In this document: positions 39,953 to 49,848 of the stretch, piece after piece
Layout of the letters: each line of letters starts with the position of its first letter
Numbering within the stretch: the first letter of the stretch is position 1
DNA from: Acidobacteriota bacterium
GTDB taxonomy: Bacteria > Acidobacteriota > UBA6911 > RPQK01 > JACQSY01
NCBI GenBank assembly: GCA_016211085.1
Contig: JACQSY010000005.1
Coordinates: forward strand, 2,599-66,598
Direction: 5' to 3'
Length of the DNA stretch: 64,000 nt
Program-made: the position numbers and the translations under genes
Notes under the pieces: model-generated
What the model was told of the DNA's origin: nothing
The model's database searches: none
What the model saw: only the letters and a program-made list of their open reading frames with translations

Positions 39953-40657
39953 TCAGCAAAGCGTCAGATCCGGTATGCGAGGCAACCGAGAAAGCCTGAA
40001 CCCCTCACCGTACACACATCCCACCATGGCGCCCAGGTGGCGATGAAAACTTTTCAACTGGTCTAGAAATTCAGGGCGGCTGAGGTATGTCTGCGGTTCG
40101 CGCGAGGCGGGATCATGGAGTTGCGAAGCATAGGCCGACACCACCTTTTCTTTCTTCTCATAAAAATCAGAGATATCGACAATCACATGCGGGTCCATCT
40201 TACGATCAAACACCTCCCAATAGGCAACCTTGTCGGGTCTAAACCGTTCCTGGCCTGTCTCGATCCGAGCCAAACCCGAATTGTGAACGGCTTCGTTTAC
40301 CAGCAGCATGGTGTTGCCATGATCCGGATGCGCACCCACGGAATGGGTGATCACTAGCCGCGGCCGGCATTGACGCATCGCAGCCACCAGCCGTAATCGG
40401 TTTTGCTTGTCAACGGTGACGTTTCCGTCCTCAAGCTCCAGGTTGGCGCGAAATTCGAGGCCGAGAACCCGGGCAGCTGCCGCAGCCTCCCGTCTTCGAA
40501 CCTCCACGCTCCCCCGGCTGCCCAACTCACCTCGCGTCAAATCAATTATGCCGGTCTTGTAGCCAAGGGAGTGGAGCTTTAGGAGCGTTCCTGCACAACC
40601 CAACTCGGCATCATCCGGATGTGCAGCAATGGCGAGTATGTCAACCTGTTTAAACAT
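39953..40657 (-). CDS. bshB1: PIG-L/LmbE-family N-acetylglucosaminyl deacetylase (bacillithiol BshB1-like)
   Basis: ILAIAAHPDDAELGCAGTLLKL and HPDHGNT motifs. Immediately downstream of, and overlapping, bshC. Confidence 0.8.
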   Translation of the reverse strand: MFKQVDILAIAAHPDDAELGCAGTLLKLHSLGYKTGIIDLTRGELGSRGSVEVRRREAAAAARVLGLEFRANLELEDGNVTVDKQNRLRLVAAMRQCRPRLVITHSVGAHPDHGNTMLLVNEAVHNSGLARIETGQERFRPDKVAYWEVFDRKMDPHVIVDISDFYEKKEKVVSAYASQLHDPASREPQTYLSRPEFLDQLKSFHRHLGAMVGCVYGEGFRLSRLPRIPDLTLC

Positions 40658-42278
40658 AAAGAATCTGATGGCATTTGCAAAAGGGATGCGTACAATCCAG
40701 AAGCTTGGGAAGGATTTCCGGACCTTCCTGAATTAACAAATGATTGAAATTGATGACACGCTCCTGCATTTTCTTTTCCGGCAACAAATGGTTGGAAAGA
40801 TAAGAGAGGTGATGGCTGACCAACTGTTCTCGTCGCCGAAAATTATTAATAACTCTCCGCTTGATCTTCTCGAGCTGGTAAGAGATTTTTTGCTGCGAAT
40901 GCTGAGTCATCTCTGAAATGGTGGGATCCAACGACTGCAGCTCGCTGCTCATATGATCCAGCGTCTGTTCAATGTTCCTACCAAGGTCTTCCACCGCAGC
41001 TATCAGTCTTCCAAGGTCGGTTTTTTCAACGATGCGGCGGGCGAGATCGAAAGCCGGCTTCTGAATAACGTCGCTCACGTCTATTCCGTACTTTTTCAAA
41101 AGCCGTTGTGACTTGTGATCGACAATAGTAAAGCCAGCCCTTGGGAACGCGGAAGGCTCCAGGTCCCAGAAATGAGCAATAGCGCTGATCTGTGCGAAGT
41201 AAGCGATTTCCGAAGGACCCCCCACGTAAACCGCCGTTGGGAACAGCGCATCCTGCAAAAGAGGACGCAGGAGAACATTGGGGCCGGCACACTCGGGTAC
41301 CGCACGAATTCGTTCCAGCAAGGCGGCTGGGGTCAGGCTCAGGCCGCGCAAATCTTTACTGACATAACATCCATTCCTGAACTCGAGCTTAAAGCGGCGA
41401 TCTCCCTCAATAAGGAACAGCAGCGACTCCGTCTCATCCGTGTGCACCTGCGGCGAGAAACCGTTTTGCTGGAGCAATTCCGCTCGCAGCGCCAACGCCT
41501 CAACAATCGCCGCTCTCTTCTCTATGGCGATTTCGAAGCAAGGCAGCAGCAAGCGCTTATAACCACCAAGGAGCGGATCGAACAAAATCAGACCCTGGTC
41601 TCGGAATAATGCCGCCAACCAATTGGCAAACGCTCGGCCAAAGGTCTTCCCGGCCCCGTAACCGTTTTTTAACAACTGCAGTACCGAGTCAGACAGGTCG
41701 GTCCTTGACGAGCAGAGATCAGACAGCAGCGACTGCAGGGAGTCGAGACCTATGGTACCTACCATCCGTGAAGTGTTACGCGGGGGGCCCGGATGACTCA
41801 AACGGATCAACTCTCCAGGCGTGCTGTAAAAAAATGTGCTGCGGGCCTCCTGGAAATCTGAATCATCAGAAGCCAGCCAGAAAATGGGGACCGCCTTGAC
41901 TCCTTCTCGCTGAAGAAGCGAGCAGGTCTTTATGGCGGTAATTGCTTTGTAAACCGAAAAAGCCGGCCCACCGAAAAGGCCCACCTGCTGTCCTGTCACG
42001 ACTGCGATACTTTCCGGATCCTGCAGGCTGTCAATGTTTTGAAGCGTCAGCTCCCCACACCCCACGGACTGATTGAATTCACGAAGCAGTGAATTCATCG
42101 GCCGGCGCGGGCGATTCCTAGAAGAGGAGATGATGCTGCAGCAGCGTTTTTTTAAATCTTCAAGGCTATGATGCGCCGCAGTGTAGAACCGGTTTGCCGG
42201 TTCAAGCCCATACAGGAAATGGATAAACAACTTTCCGTAGCCAGACAGCTGCGCATAATCCAGACATTCGGTCTTCAT
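40650..42278 (-). CDS. bshC: bacillithiol biosynthesis cysteine-adding enzyme BshC
   Basis: 542 aa. The size, the N-terminal ..YGKLFIHFLYG.. region, and the pairing with an LmbE-type deacetylase match BshC (YllA family) as I recall it. Confidence 0.7.
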   Translation of the reverse strand: MKTECLDYAQLSGYGKLFIHFLYGLEPANRFYTAAHHSLEDLKKRCCSIISSSRNRPRRPMNSLLREFNQSVGCGELTLQNIDSLQDPESIAVVTGQQVGLFGGPAFSVYKAITAIKTCSLLQREGVKAVPIFWLASDDSDFQEARSTFFYSTPGELIRLSHPGPPRNTSRMVGTIGLDSLQSLLSDLCSSRTDLSDSVLQLLKNGYGAGKTFGRAFANWLAALFRDQGLILFDPLLGGYKRLLLPCFEIAIEKRAAIVEALALRAELLQQNGFSPQVHTDETESLLFLIEGDRRFKLEFRNGCYVSKDLRGLSLTPAALLERIRAVPECAGPNVLLRPLLQDALFPTAVYVGGPSEIAYFAQISAIAHFWDLEPSAFPRAGFTIVDHKSQRLLKKYGIDVSDVIQKPAFDLARRIVEKTDLGRLIAAVEDLGRNIEQTLDHMSSELQSLDPTISEMTQHSQQKISYQLEKIKRRVINNFRRREQLVSHHLSYLSNHLLPEKKMQERVINFNHLLIQEGPEILPKLLDCTHPFCKCHQILYV

Positions 42279-42477
42279 GGACCCGGCACCTGCCGTGGCC
42301 CTGGTTGTGCAGGCGTATTGAGCCTGCCCACATGGGCCGCCCGCCAGGGCGGGATCGAAGATGCACCTTCCCGAAGCATAGGAGACTTTTCACTCTAAGG
42401 GCGAGGTGCTTCGCAGGTCAAGCCACCTGTAGTCGGCGCCGGTATTTGGTCAGCTGACTTTACGCCAACCCAGCAGT

Positions 42478-42777
42478 TCACGGCGAACGCTCCCGTTGGC
42501 CCGAGGAAGAAACAGTTATGTAAGGCTTTAACTTGCGAAATTTCCGCTCGCCGATTCCCCGCACGTTCATCAATTCCTCCACGCGCTTGAACGGCCCGTT
42601 CTTAATTCGAAAACGCAAGATCTTTTCGGCCGTGACGGGCCCTACACCAGGAAGAGCTTCAAGATCGCTCAAATTGGCAGTGTTCAGGTCAATTTTTCGC
42701 GGCGGTGCGGTCTCAGCGAAGAGGCTTGAAAAGAACAGGATGTTACAAACCGCGGCAGCCATGTGCAGGCTCCTCAT
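42478..42777 (-). CDS. comEA: ComEA-family helix-hairpin-helix DNA-binding protein (secreted/periplasmic)
   Basis: IDLNTANLSDLEALPGVGPVTAEKILRFRIKNGPFKRVEELMNVRGIGERKF. AAGGAGG lies 6 nt upstream of ATG 42777. Confidence 0.85.
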   Translation of the reverse strand: MRSLHMAAAVCNILFFSSLFAETAPPRKIDLNTANLSDLEALPGVGPVTAEKILRFRIKNGPFKRVEELMNVRGIGERKFRKLKPYITVSSSGQRERSP

Positions 42778-42845
42778 TGCTGCACCTCCTTTTGACCTGC
42801 TTAACGTTTCCCGTGAAAAAAAAACGATGCCCTCGAGGGGAAGAT

Positions 42846-42935
42846 CGAAGGTGCGCACGCGAAGCACACTGCAATTAAGAGGTTAGGAGGATTTAGAACT
42901 CGGGAATTCGCACTTCAAATTTCGTACTATTCTCT
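42846..42935. repeat. second locus of the GAAG(G)TGCG / TTCGCACTTC..TTCGTACT intergenic repeat family
   Basis: CGAAGGTGCGCACGCGAAGCAC (42846-42867) faces GAATTCGCACTTCAAATTTCGTACTATTCTCT (42904-42935). The latter resembles AAATTCGTACTTCGCACTTCGTACTTTCTCT at 3991-4021. Confidence 0.45.
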
Positions 42936-42978
42936 GGAGCGCTCCTTGCGGCCACGCCTCTGATCCGAAGCACCCATG

Positions 42979-43794
42979 TCAAAGAAACGTGGCGTACCAG
43001 GAAACCAGACGAAGTCCGTAGAGAGTGGCTATGACGGCACCGAAGGCGATAAAAGATCCAAAGGGTAGCTCGTACCGGGTGCCTTTTTTTTGCAGCAGAA
43101 TGTACAGCGAACCCATAACCGCCCCGGCAAGCGAGCCGAGAAAAACTGTGAGCCATGCATATCGCCAGCCTACAAAAGCCCCAATCATGGCCATCATTTT
43201 TATGTCGCCATGACCCATCCCTTCCGTCTTCCGGAGAACCCAATAGCCAAAGGCAACGACGCCTACCAGACCGGCGCCCAGCACGGCCCCTAACAGAGAA
43301 TGCGCGTAATCCATCCAGAGACTGGATGATTTTTCGGGCAAGAAGGGGTCCCCTGCAAAAAATTCCGATGATTGAAAGGGAGAGAGCAAAATGCCCATCA
43401 CCAATCCACCCAGCGTCAGGACGTCAGGCAGGATGCGCTCAAATAAATCAATAAAAGTTAAAACAACCAGGAGGGCAAAAAAACCGCCATTGATCCAAAA
43501 GGGAGTACTCATGCCGTATTTCAGGTACAGCACATAAAACAGAGCCGCGGTCATCAGTTCGACCACGGGATAGATCCAACCGATTCGATGACCGCAACGC
43601 CGGCAGCGAGCACGCAGGACCAAAAAGCTCACCAAAGGAATATTTTCAAGCGGCCGTATGGGGCTGCCACAATGAGGGCAGCGCGACCTGCCCCAAATGA
43701 CCGAGGAACCCCGGGGAAGACGATGAATACAGACGTTCAGAAAACTGCCGACCGCCAGTCCCACAACGATTACTACAACGGCCTCACCGGTCAT
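42979..43794 (-). CDS. pilD: prepilin peptidase (A24 family, PilD-like)
   Basis: GSFLNVCIHRLPRGSSVIWGRSRCPHCGSPIRPLENIPLVSFLVLRARCRRCGHRI. Start uncertain (43794 or 43821). Confidence 0.9.
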   Translation of the reverse strand: MTGEAVVVIVVGLAVGSFLNVCIHRLPRGSSVIWGRSRCPHCGSPIRPLENIPLVSFLVLRARCRRCGHRIGWIYPVVELMTAALFYVLYLKYGMSTPFWINGGFFALLVVLTFIDLFERILPDVLTLGGLVMGILLSPFQSSEFFAGDPFLPEKSSSLWMDYAHSLLGAVLGAGLVGVVAFGYWVLRKTEGMGHGDIKMMAMIGAFVGWRYAWLTVFLGSLAGAVMGSLYILLQKKGTRYELPFGSFIAFGAVIATLYGLRLVSWYATFL

Positions 43795-43975
43795 GCCGTC
43801 ATTATAGGGTCCGCTCCTCAAGAATGGCTCATAAACTTATGGCGTTTCCTTTCGGGACAGTGGTGGAGACAGACGACTCCTCACTCTACAAACCAGTTAC
43901 ACCGTGGTGCGACCCAGATGAGGAAATGGTTGATGGTCGTCTTCAGCGACCGGAGAGACAAAGATTCAAGAAAGG

Positions 43976-45013
43976 TTACTGAGAGTCCTGCTCCGCCTCT
44001 TTTTCGCGCTTCAACGTCGGTTGGTCCCTCTTCAATGTCGGCTTGGTAGTCTCATCGCGATCGGTGTTGGTCTTTCTTTTCAAGGTGGGCTTTTTGGCAG
44101 CGCCTTGGCCAGTTGAAGTACCCGCCACCAACTGCTTGTTGTCGATTTCGATGAGCCGCGCTTTGACGCGATCAAACTCCGAAGCGCTCAGCAAATACTC
44201 GTCCTTAGGAGGTAGAAAGCCCATCTCCTGCTGGACCTTGGTAATGCGATTTTCCACGGTGGGATGAGTCCGGAAAAATCCCGCAAAGGCCCCAGGTTTT
44301 TGCTTCTCCTTGGCCTGAAGCTTTTCAAAGAAGGTGACAAAGCCGTTAGGGTCGAAGCCGCTGTTCCAGAGGTACTGAACGCCAAGCTGATCCGCCTCCT
44401 CTTCCGATTCCCGGGTGATTCCCAGGACCGCCAGGGACATCCCCAGTCCCAGTCCCTGCTGGGCCGCGACTTGAGCCCAATAGCCTCCTAGAAACAAGGC
44501 GGGGAGGGCCGCGAATTGCAGAAGCTGCGCCTTGGTCATCCTTTCGGTTGCATGGCGAGCCGTCACGTGGGCGATCTCATGAGACATCACCCCCGCCAAC
44601 TCAGCCTCGTTCTCAGCTTCCAGAAGAAGCCCTTTGTTTACGTAGAAATATCCTCCTGGAAGAGCGAAAGCATTGACTTCATCGCTGTCAACCACCTTGA
44701 TAATGAAGGGGACTTTGGCGTCCGAGTTCTTTACGATTTCCTGTGCGAGACGTTCCACGTAAGAGGTGATGACGGGATCCTCAACCAAGCGTGCCGTCTG
44801 CTCAAACTGCTGCGCGTACTGAGCGCCAATTTGAATCTCTTTATCCAGCGAAACAAAATTCGGGAAAATACCGGCGATGCGACCGTTGATGTCACGGTTA
44901 CCGATTTTCTCAACGTTGCCGTGACGCCGCCCGGCAAACAGATTCGCTGAAGGCAGAACCACAAGGAGGAGAACGATCCCTCCTGCAATGACCTTCTTTG
45001 CCGAATTTTTCAT
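43976..45013 (-). CDS. M48-family zinc metalloprotease, secreted
   Basis: AGVMSHEIAHVTARH (HExxH), a signal-anchor N-terminus, and a C-terminal KPTLKR repeat tail. Confidence 0.85.
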   Translation of the reverse strand: MKNSAKKVIAGGIVLLLVVLPSANLFAGRRHGNVEKIGNRDINGRIAGIFPNFVSLDKEIQIGAQYAQQFEQTARLVEDPVITSYVERLAQEIVKNSDAKVPFIIKVVDSDEVNAFALPGGYFYVNKGLLLEAENEAELAGVMSHEIAHVTARHATERMTKAQLLQFAALPALFLGGYWAQVAAQQGLGLGMSLAVLGITRESEEEADQLGVQYLWNSGFDPNGFVTFFEKLQAKEKQKPGAFAGFFRTHPTVENRITKVQQEMGFLPPKDEYLLSASEFDRVKARLIEIDNKQLVAGTSTGQGAAKKPTLKRKTNTDRDETTKPTLKRDQPTLKREKEAEQDSQ

Positions 45014-45227
45014 TTTGGACCAACTTCCGTTTCGAACTTTCTAGATATTATAAACCTATTGAAAGCTTTTTTTTAGCTCCAATCTCTGGTACTGTCCTGC
45101 TAGGTAATCTTAATTGACGTCTCCGTAGAAAATATTCTTTCCCTTTTCTATTGGATAGCGATGGCCGGCAGATGTTTCAAATCTGGCTCCTGATGCTATG
45201 AATTCACCTCCCCAGACCCGTTTCCTG

Positions 45228-46808
45228 ATGAAAATCTTGAGCGCCGCCCAAATGCGCCGAATCGATAAACTCACATCTAATCAGGCCGGAATATCCCAGC
45301 TGGTCTTAATGGAAAACGCAGGGATCAGCCTTTATTACGCCTTAAAAGAAAAGTTTTCGGATCTTCCTGGTCGCTGCATCGGTATTTTGTGCGGAAAGGG
45401 AAACAACGGAGGAGACGGTATTGTCCTTGCCAGGCAATTGGCTATGCGCGACATCGACCATCGCGTTTACCTGTTTGGACGCAAGGATGAGGTTTCAGGA
45501 GAAGCACGGGTCAACCTTGATGCTTATCTTGCTTCCGGAGCTTCTCTCAAGGAAATCACCGCCGCCGCGTCGTGGGTCCCGGAAAGCCGGGAACTGAAGC
45601 ATTTTGACATTCTGGTGGACGCCCTCCTGGGGACCGGGATAAGCAAACCGCTCGACGGGTTGTACCGGGAGGTTGTGGAAAGCATCAACTCCAGCCGGGC
45701 TTTCGTGCTTGCCGTGGACATCCCCTCAGGAATGTTTTCAGATTCAGTGGAGGGAGGCGCTCCCTGCGTAAGGGCAAACCTGACAGTAACATTCACTGCA
45801 CCCAAGATTGCACACATCTTGAATGAAGATCAGGAATATATTGGAGAACTTCGCGTCGCTCCTATAGGCACCCCGCGCCAGCTGCTGGATACTGACGAAT
45901 ATCTGCTGCGCCTGCTTTCTGCGGAGTTTGTAGAGCGGTCTCTCGGCTCCCGACGGATCAGTTCTCACAAGGGTGACTTTGGTCATGTGGCAATCATTGC
46001 GGGCAGTCGTGGGAAATCAGGAGCCGCAAGTCTGGCCGGGCGGGCTGCGCTGCGGACGGGCTCGGGACTGGTGACAGTGTTCTGTCCGGAGGTTGTCCAA
46101 CCCACCATTGCCGGTTCGCGCGCTGAACTGATGACCGAAGGACTGGCATCGACGGCCCAAGGGTCTTTAGGCCTGAGCGCTGCGGGAGCGCTTTTAAAAG
46201 CACTCGCCGAACGTGATGCGGCCGGCATGGGTCCCGGGTTAACCACCCACAAGGAAACAGTCCGCCTGGTGCATAGGCTGGTTCGTGAATCGCCGGTCCC
46301 GCTGGTATTGGATGCCGATGCCGTTAATGCTTTTGCAGGGCAGCCTGAAAAACTGAAAAATCGTCACAGCCACCCCATGATTCTGACCCCGCATCCGGGC
46401 GAATTTGCTCGTTTGATCGGTTCTTCAGTCGCGGAGGTCCGCCGTAAAAACATCGAGCTTGCCAAAGAGTTTGCACTCAAACAGAGAGTATGGCTGGTTT
46501 TCAAATCCTTCCGTACCCTGATAGCTTCCCCTGCGGGCGAGGTCCTGGTTTGCCCGTTGGGAAATCCCGGAATGGCTTCAGCAGGCGTAGGGGATGCGCT
46601 CACCGGGATCATCACCTCGTTACTCGGGATGGCATACGCCTCAAAGAAGCCCTCCGTGCCGGAGGTTACTGCTGCAGTTTGCTCGGCAGTTTACCTGCAT
46701 GCCTTTGCAGGAGATCTGAGCTCGCAGCAAGTCGGCGTCGAGTCTCTCAACGCCGGCGACCTTGTTGAAGCAATCGGAGAAGCTTATCGTCGCATTCACC
46801 AGAGTTGA
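45228..46808 (+). CDS. nnr: bifunctional NAD(P)H-hydrate repair enzyme Nnr (epimerase plus ADP-dependent dehydratase)
   Basis: N-terminal YjeF_N domain (LCGKGNNGGDGIVLARQL). C-terminal kinase-like domain (KGDFGHVAIIAGSRGKSGAA ... GNPGMASAGVGDALTG). Confidence 0.9.
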   Translation: MKILSAAQMRRIDKLTSNQAGISQLVLMENAGISLYYALKEKFSDLPGRCIGILCGKGNNGGDGIVLARQLAMRDIDHRVYLFGRKDEVSGEARVNLDAYLASGASLKEITAAASWVPESRELKHFDILVDALLGTGISKPLDGLYREVVESINSSRAFVLAVDIPSGMFSDSVEGGAPCVRANLTVTFTAPKIAHILNEDQEYIGELRVAPIGTPRQLLDTDEYLLRLLSAEFVERSLGSRRISSHKGDFGHVAIIAGSRGKSGAASLAGRAALRTGSGLVTVFCPEVVQPTIAGSRAELMTEGLASTAQGSLGLSAAGALLKALAERDAAGMGPGLTTHKETVRLVHRLVRESPVPLVLDADAVNAFAGQPEKLKNRHSHPMILTPHPGEFARLIGSSVAEVRRKNIELAKEFALKQRVWLVFKSFRTLIASPAGEVLVCPLGNPGMASAGVGDALTGIITSLLGMAYASKKPSVPEVTAAVCSAVYLHAFAGDLSSQQVGVESLNAGDLVEAIGEAYRRIHQS

Positions 46809-47245
46809 CTCATCTATTTAATTCCGCAAGCGAGGAAGAAACCCTGCGGCTCGGACGTGAGCTGGGCCGGACTATTAAACCGCCGCTGGCGGTGCTTTTA
46901 TATGGAGAGCTGGGGGCGGGCAAGACTGTCTTAGCGCGCGGGATAGCTGAAGGCTTGGAAGTTTTTGATCCCGCCCTGGTTCGCAGCCCCACTTTTACGC
47001 TGGTCAATGAATACCCGTCAAAAAGCGGCGTCATTTATCACATTGACCTTTACCGCCTGGAGACCGAGAGGGATTTTTCATCGATTGGTCTGGACGAGCT
47101 CCTGGGAAAGGATGCCGTCGTAATGGTGGAATGGCCTGAAAAGTTGAAGGTGCTGCCGCCAATTCGCACGGAAATTTATCTCGAGAAAGGGCAGGACCCC
47201 GGAAGCCGGACCATTCGCATCGACACCCGCCGGAGCGGCCGATAA
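46805..47245 (+). CDS. tsaE: tRNA t6A37 biosynthesis ATPase TsaE
   Basis: VLLYGELGAGKTVLARGIAEGL...SPTFTLVNEY...HIDLYRL. TTG start overlaps the nnr stop. Confidence 0.88.
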   Translation: MTHLFNSASEEETLRLGRELGRTIKPPLAVLLYGELGAGKTVLARGIAEGLEVFDPALVRSPTFTLVNEYPSKSGVIYHIDLYRLETERDFSSIGLDELLGKDAVVMVEWPEKLKVLPPIRTEIYLEKGQDPGSRTIRIDTRRSGR

Positions 47246-47349
47246 TGCTCTTTACTTCGCAGGGCGAAACCCAGCCCTGATTCAGCAGCAGCGAACTTGG
47301 TTAGAAACCAACTCGCAGGTTTTATTTCAGGCGCGTTATTAGCAGAGCG

Positions 47350-47775
47350 ATGCCCCAGCATGGGTACCAGTTTTTCGAATTGTTGGTGGTTTGTCTGCTG
47401 CTGAGCGTGGTAGCGGCCTTGTTTTTCCCCCAACTTGAAGGAATTGCCGACCAGGAGAAATTGCAATCTGCAGCACGGAATGTGGTCTCTTCTCTTGCAG
47501 TGGCCCGTGTGTCCGCAATCTCGACAAATACGCCTGTTTCCTTCCTCGTCGAGGAGCAAGGAACAAAGTTCAGCGTCTCAGCAATCGGCGCGTCTCCACT
47601 GCAGCAATCGTTGCCGGAAGGGATCGTCTTCGAAAGCTGGCCACAAAAAAACGTAATTTTCTACTCGCGCGGTAATTCAGCGCCCTCGGGATCGTTTGTG
47701 TTGAAAGGCCGCCGGGGAAGGCTAAAAATCATTGTCGCCGCGAGCGGGAGGATTCGATGGGAAAGGATGGATTGA
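47350..47775 (+). CDS. GspH/FimT-like pseudopilin with prepilin-type N-terminus
   Basis: MPQHG/YQFFELLVVCLLLSVVAA (Gly -1, Glu +5), then LQSAARNVVSSLAVARVSAI, typical of GspH-type minor pilins. Confidence 0.75.
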   Translation: MPQHGYQFFELLVVCLLLSVVAALFFPQLEGIADQEKLQSAARNVVSSLAVARVSAISTNTPVSFLVEEQGTKFSVSAIGASPLQQSLPEGIVFESWPQKNVIFYSRGNSAPSGSFVLKGRRGRLKIIVAASGRIRWERMD

Positions 47776-48056
47776 GCCCCGGCTTTACACTCCTGGAGGT
47801 GCTGGTTGCGACCGTCGTGTTGACGGTGGCTGCGGTCTCATTGCTTCAAAGCTTTGGAATCGCCATGCAGTTCTACAACCGTTCCAACCGGTCCTGGCAT
47901 ACGAGCATCGACAAATGGAACCTGGCCCAACAAATCAGAACCCATGGGGCGCAGAGCTCCGAAAAGGTTCCCACTCTCGAAGAAGCAAGACCGCTGTACC
48001 GATTTTTCATTCAAGAGGATGGGAGAACCTGGGAGGTGCTGCGTGCGCAGAAATGA
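47757..48056 (+). CDS. GspI-like pseudopilin
   Basis: MGKDGLSPG/FTLLEVLVATVVLTVAAVSLLQ, 99 aa. Overlaps the upstream gene by 19 nt. Confidence 0.75.
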   Translation: MGKDGLSPGFTLLEVLVATVVLTVAAVSLLQSFGIAMQFYNRSNRSWHTSIDKWNLAQQIRTHGAQSSEKVPTLEEARPLYRFFIQEDGRTWEVLRAQK

Positions 48057-48600
48057 AGGCTTCAGCTTGCTGGAGATGATCCTTGCACTATTTCTGTCAA
48101 CCGGATTCTTACTCGCTTTCTTTGTTCTGTTGCGGGAATTCCAATGGGGCTGTGCCGACCTGGCGCTGATGATCGAGCGAGACCAGAATCTTCAATTGTT
48201 TCCTCTCCTGGTGCCACGTCTGCTGCTGGCTTCTGGAAACAATCGATGGAACCAGGGCTGGGAAGGACTTTCCGAAAGCAACGGTCGAGTCTCGAGTAAC
48301 TCGGATATGGACGGCCCGGAGGGCTTTCCCGACGGAGCGCTTCAGAACAGCTTTGAATCCATCGTTCTTCAACATAGTGGCACCGACCTGCAAATCAAAT
48401 CAGGTTCCAGTTCTTTCCAGCCGGCACTCAAGAATATCTCCGACCTCAGTTCCAGCGGCACGCTTCCCTCTTTTTCTTTCACCGTTGAGGCCAGCACGGG
48501 ACTCCCAGTGCGAAAGACCAGACGTATCCTGAGCGATGCTGTCCGGCTCGATTTATATTTGTGGAATTACCGCTCCAACCTGTTTGCTGAAGCCCCCTGA
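48043..48600 (+). CDS. GspJ-like pseudopilin
   Basis: (V)RRNEG/FSLLEMILALFLSTGFLLAFF. GGGAGG lies 6 nt upstream of GTG 48043 (ATG 48019 is an alternative). Confidence 0.65.
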   Translation: MRRNEGFSLLEMILALFLSTGFLLAFFVLLREFQWGCADLALMIERDQNLQLFPLLVPRLLLASGNNRWNQGWEGLSESNGRVSSNSDMDGPEGFPDGALQNSFESIVLQHSGTDLQIKSGSSSFQPALKNISDLSSSGTLPSFSFTVEASTGLPVRKTRRILSDAVRLDLYLWNYRSNLFAEAP

Positions 48601-48613
48601 AAACGCTTCAAGT

Positions 48614-49834
48614 ATGCTACTGCAGACTCCATCGAGTGGATTTGTTCTCATCAGTGTGCTGCTGGTTTCCGTGCTGATGAGTGTTTTGGTGCTTCATCTT
48701 CATTTGCAGGTCATTCATCATTGGACAGTTTCCAATTACCTCGACTCCCAGATGTATAGCCTGCTTCTGGCGGAATCTGGAGTCGAGTACGCCAGAACCA
48801 TTCTCCCCCATCTCGACCTCAACTCGGTGCTGCTGGGCCTCGATGGTGCCCATGCAGGAACCCGACCTGGATGGCGAAATCCGGCAACCTTTGCCGAAGC
48901 ACGGCTGCTCGACCCCATGCAATGGTCATCCCTTGTGGATGACGGTTTGCCCCACGTAAACGGACAGATGCTGCTTCCGCAGGGATATGGCGCTGCCGGT
49001 TCCGGACGTTTTTTTATCCGTTTTTCAAATAATCCTGAAGAAGCACCCGACCTGGACCAGGACTCGATTGTCTTGGTGCGCAGCCTTGGGATAGTATCCA
49101 CACGAAGTCATTTCCTTCTCAACCGCTCCAGGAATAGTTTTGCAATAGTCGAGGCTCGTTTGCGACAGGAGAAAGCGTTTCTAATTCCCAGCCCCTTAAC
49201 GTTGTTCGGAGACGCGGGCGCTTTTGAATGGAATGGCAACTTGTTCGTTCTAGACGGAGGCAACCAGCCTGCAGTCTCCGTAGTTGTTTTTTCAGAGCAG
49301 GGCCTTCAAAGCGACTTGCTTGATTCGGTGAGTGAACAACAGAAGGAACTTTTCCGCGGCAAGGGCGGGAACCCTTCTCTTGAAGATGCTTCATTGCACT
49401 ATCAACAGAATGGCTTTGGAGGGATTTTCAAGCCGGAGTTTTGGAGGCACTTCGAGTCCCGCCTGCCTGACTTCGCAGACAACCCTCCCTCGGGCATCGT
49501 CTACTTTCCCTCGGGAGGAGATTTCAGTGGGGAGTTCCAGGGAGTCCTGGTGGCGAAGGGTAATCTGACTCTGCTCCCTGACGCGAGCATTAAGGGTCTC
49601 CTGCTGCACCTGGGTGGAGGAAAGCTTCTAATTCAAAGCGCGCAAATCCGCGGCGGCGTCTGGATGTCGGATCTCGATTGCTCGACCGATCCTTCAAGTA
49701 GTCGCCAGCTGAAGTTGCGCATGGAGGGAGCGGCCCGTCTTAATTACGATTCAGCCCTAATCAAGAAGGCGCTGGCCTATTTTCCGCCCACTCAGATCGG
49801 CTGGCGAATCCTGTTCCCGGAGATGGAGCAGTAG
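48614..49834 (+). CDS. GspK-like large minor pseudopilin
   Basis: MLLQTPSSG/FVLISVLLVSVLMSVL (no Glu+5, as in GspK), 406 aa. ATG 48614 lies inside ORF 48536..49834. Confidence 0.6.
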   Translation: MLLQTPSSGFVLISVLLVSVLMSVLVLHLHLQVIHHWTVSNYLDSQMYSLLLAESGVEYARTILPHLDLNSVLLGLDGAHAGTRPGWRNPATFAEARLLDPMQWSSLVDDGLPHVNGQMLLPQGYGAAGSGRFFIRFSNNPEEAPDLDQDSIVLVRSLGIVSTRSHFLLNRSRNSFAIVEARLRQEKAFLIPSPLTLFGDAGAFEWNGNLFVLDGGNQPAVSVVVFSEQGLQSDLLDSVSEQQKELFRGKGGNPSLEDASLHYQQNGFGGIFKPEFWRHFESRLPDFADNPPSGIVYFPSGGDFSGEFQGVLVAKGNLTLLPDASIKGLLLHLGGGKLLIQSAQIRGGVWMSDLDCSTDPSSSRQLKLRMEGAARLNYDSALIKKALAYFPPTQIGWRILFPEMEQ

Positions 49835-49848
49835 TCTATAATCGTTCC

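Noticed and set aside
43976-44100. KPTLKR-encoding tandem repeats at the 3' end of the M48 protease gene as a DNA repeat element.
   Set aside because: It is in-frame, low-copy (3 units) and part of a Lys-rich protein tail. It is not a CRISPR array or a mobile repeat.
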